Of a DNA stretch of 64,000 nucleotides, positions 61,001-64,000 are shown piece by piece. Position 1 is the stretch's first letter. Every line of letters begins with the position of its first letter. Origin of the DNA: Marsupella aquatica (taxonomy: Eukaryota; Plantae; Marchantiophyta); contig OZ316899.1 of NCBI GenBank assembly GCA_973895155.1, positions 5,583,241-5,647,240 of the forward strand, written 5' to 3'. Both the position numbers and the translations under genes were made by a program. The notes under the pieces were generated by a model, which saw only the letters and a program-made list of their open reading frames with translations, made no database searches and was not told the origin of the DNA.

Positions 61001-62388
61001 TGTCAGAAAAAGAAACGCAGATGGAGAGGTCGCAAGGTACAAGGCCCGATTGGTGGCCAAAGGATTTACCCAAATACCAGGAAGGGACTATGACCTAACA
61101 TATGCACTAGTCATGGACGTAATCACATACCAATACCTGATTGCTTTCTCCATACACCACGGGCTATCCATGCACCAGATGGACATAGTGACGGCCTACC
61201 TATACAGCCATCTCGACAAAGTGATATACATGGAAGCCCCTCCCGAGTTAATCAAACGAGTGGAATACCATGAAAAGGGGCAGCACCAAAGTAACAAATT
61301 AACTCAGACGACAGAGGGATCATTCGGGCACACTGATGCATCAATACTACAATGCACATCACACAACATCGCCATGAAAGAAGTAATAACGGGCCCAAAG
61401 AGGATGAAGGCGCATATCCGCCTTGCAGTCCAAGTGCTCCAATCAATGTATGGGCTCAAGCAGAGCGGACGCGCATGGTACCAGCGATTTAAATCAAAAA
61501 GGATTGCAATGGGATTTCAAAACTCCAAAATTGCACCCTGCCTATTTATCAAGAGAGAGGGCAACGAGTTTATCATAATCACAATATATGTGGACGACCT
61601 GAACTTATTCGGCACTAAGAAAATCATGGTGGAAACAATACAATTACTCAAGAGAGTTTTTGAGATGAGGGACCTAGACAGGACTACATTCTGCCTAGGA
61701 CTACAATTTGAGCACCTCAAAGAAGGCATACTCCTCCACCAGTCCACATACACAAAGAGAATGTTGCAGCAGTTCAACATGGACAAAGCATACGTTGTGA
61801 ACTCACCTATGATCTCTGAGTGGTTGGAGGATGTAGTTGTTAGACTTTGTTTGGTGCTCTTCCATGATATGGCTGTGGGTCCGGCCAGGATAACATATCC
61901 TGTTTGTGACTTTGCATCTGCTGGGTCAGAGAGATAGCCGGCATCTACATAGCCAGTAAGAGTTGGTGTTAAATCAGTAGGGAAGTATAATCCAAAATCT
62001 ATAGTGCCACAGAGGTAGCAAAGTACCCTTTTGATTCCATTCCAGTGTCGAATGGTCGGCTGTGAGTTGTGCCTTGCTAGTAGGTTCACAGCGAAGGCAA
62101 TGTCTGGCCTCGTTTGGGTGGCCAAGAACATAAGCACTCCTATTGCAGATAGGTAGGGCTTGTCTGAGCCAAGTAGTGGCTCATTTTCAGTACGCTTTCG
62201 GAACATGTCTTTGTCCCTATCTAGGGATCTGATGTCCAGCATTGTACAAAGCAAGTCGCGAATGCTTATGGCTGAGAAACGTAATTAATCATATCCTACA
62301 TCACACAAGTATGAAAATACTCACCTCACCGACTGTCATCTTTGAAGACAACAGACCTTGCATAGAACAAATCGCAGCGGGCTTCATC
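58011..62388 (+). pseudogene. gag-pol: Bianca gag-pol pseudogene with an inverted internal segment
   Basis: FQALSIDGSNYLSWSLDVEAHL; CYRCGTRGH; CIVDNGTTHTI; WHQRLGHPG; FLERLHADVCGPI; YGLKQSGR; YVDDL; FEDN. Confidence 0.93.
61812..62236 (-). other. Inverted segment of the Bianca RT/RNase H
   Basis: The minus strand reads DIRSLDRDKD..PYLSAIG..TRPDIAFAV..GYVDAGY..TTTSSNHSEI between plus-strand NSPM and ALYKASREC. Confidence 0.95.
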
Positions 62389-64000
62389 CACTACTACATA
62401 TTGGCCCCTTTTGCAAAGGTGTTCTTCGACATCGGGAAGGCCTTGTGATGTTAGCGCCTTCAGATATTTTGTGATGAAACACGCATCACAATATCCCATG
62501 CTCTCAATGTCGCAAAATCATGTTGCAAAGCTAAATACATCGCACTTCATTTTGGATGTTATTGACTTCACAACAACTTGATATACTAGTTGTATCACAA
62601 TGAGTCCGCGACCATTGCGACCGTATTCAGATACATTTTGGTTCATAATTTAGCGATTCTAATACGATCACGGGTGTTTTGTGAACCTATTATCTTCGAA
62701 AAGTATTGTGAAGAACGTTGAGTCGCAAAGTACTGAATCCAGTTTGGTCGCAAAGTACTGAATCTAGTTTGGTCGCAAATTTGAGAACCAATTTGTATTA
62801 GAAGGACCGATGGAATTTTATTCACAAGAGGTCCAAAAATTCCTTCCCGACTACTTCAAAAAATGTTTTGCAAAGAGAGTTGTTTGCAAAGTTTTCAGAA
62901 TGGAAATGTTTGAGAGAATACTTTAGAAGATGGAGAATGCATGTGTTTAGGTTATAAGCTAGGGATTTCAAAAAGGTGGCATGCATATATGAGGATAACT
63001 TTTCTAGTGGCTAGGGTTGCATATATATATAGCGGTAAATTTCAAAGTCCAAGTGTTTGTAAGACAAAAGAAGAAAATAAATAGGTAAATATAAATTAAA
63101 CCATGATAGTTAATATAATCACAATTATACGCCCCACAACAAGTTTTACTACTAGTGATGCATCAAACTTGGTCCTCATCCTCTCCTCTGTTTGACACAA
63201 TAATAACTTCAGGTTTTTCTGAGATAATGGAACGAGACCGTGGCACATACGGTATAACAACTGACCACTCCTCTGGGTCTGGTGGGTACGGAATATAGAA
63301 ACACTGCTCAAGGTGACTTGGGAATGTAAACGGTTCAGATGTTTGCCAATGAGATGGTTGAAAGCTAGTTGCTGATGTCTTCAGTCGAGTAAACCCACAA
63401 TCATCAAGAAGTACCGTGCAATTCTCACCAACCAAGTGAATTTTGAACCACTTACATTTGAAGACATACTCTTCAAATTTTGTATCCGCATCATAGGATA
63501 CAATCAAGATCTCCTCTATCTTCCCATAGTGAGGCACCACATCTCGGATGACATTGGTGTCATGGCGGCTACTTTGTGAATCCTGCATGAACTGCCCTTG
63601 AACTCCACAGTCAAAAGTTCTACCCCTCTTCTCATCAAGGTCAAAAATCCTGAAATGTCTCCCTTGTGTCCACATTGCTGTTCTGGTCTGAACAAGTCTC
63701 AAAGGGCCATGAACAATTGTTCGAACGTCATGAGTCATATCTGGAAAATGTGATACACTCTCACCTTGGGCCACCATAGCATCCAACTGAAGTACTTTCT
63801 CTCTCATATACTCAAGGAACTTTGGAAAAATCCTTGGGCAACGACTCTCCCTCTTTGCATCCTCGTAAAACTCTCTCCATTCTTCCATGACAGTGCTCTT
63901 ACTCAACATGAAAGTAGTCATCTATGTCAACTCAACTCTGGTCAGTAAGCGTGTTTTTTTGGCTCCTGTTAAACGATCCTCCTCCATTTCTCTCTCGTCC
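62389..64000 (-). mobile_element. End of a CACTA element inserted in the Bianca RNase H
   Basis: CACTACTACATA terminus exactly where RNase H (AAGFI) breaks off. GTCGCAAA subterminal repeats including a 25-bp tandem at ~62722-62779. TnpD C-terminus inside. Confidence 0.9.
63163..64000 (-). pseudogene. CACTA TnpD C-terminal region (DUF4216-like)
   Basis: GRHFRI..TFDCGV..HYGKIEEIL..VFKCKWF..DDCGFT..EPFTFPSHLEQCFYIPYP..WSVV. The reading frame is disrupted upstream of 63921. Confidence 0.9.

Larger units (their letters stand above)
57364..62388 (+). mobile_element. Bianca-type Ty1/copia element (3' end displaced out of the window by a CACTA insertion)
   Basis: 143-bp LTR-like segment TGTTAG...TCAACA (57364-57506), Bianca-type PBS, Bianca-like Gag and Pol. 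Confidence 0.9.

Noticed and set aside
61517-62254. A separate minus-strand copia element
   Set aside because: It is exactly the missing piece of the plus-strand Bianca pol, i.e. an inversion.

Overview
Eukaryotic plant-type heterochromatin made almost entirely of nested, decayed transposable elements. The protein families suggest a non-seed land plant such as a bryophyte, lycophyte or fern (inference). I found no host gene, RNA gene or CRISPR array. Resolved elements: (1) a 5'-truncated Ty3/gypsy (2.8-7.4 kb) and a complete relative (33451-41049, minus strand, 851-bp LTRs, 4-bp TSD); (2) a complete Tork/Tnt1-like Ty1/copia (18753-31631, TSD CTCAT) that carries a complete non-autonomous CACTA element (20948-28687, TSD ATC); (3) an L1 ORF1 fragment; (4) two CACTA TnpD remnants; (5) a Bianca-type copia with an internal inversion. 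The most unusual observation is a 4.7-kb LTR (11765-16455, second copy 43733-48407), followed by a tRNA-Asn PBS and gag, that itself contains a ~1,230-codon sense ORF. That ORF has a plant-transposon-like domain that recurs in other, unrelated elements in the window, plus a long coiled coil. Second, both gypsy elements keep a slippery-site plus hairpin -1 frameshift signal between protease and RT. Family and domain names come from recognising motifs by eye, not from database searches.
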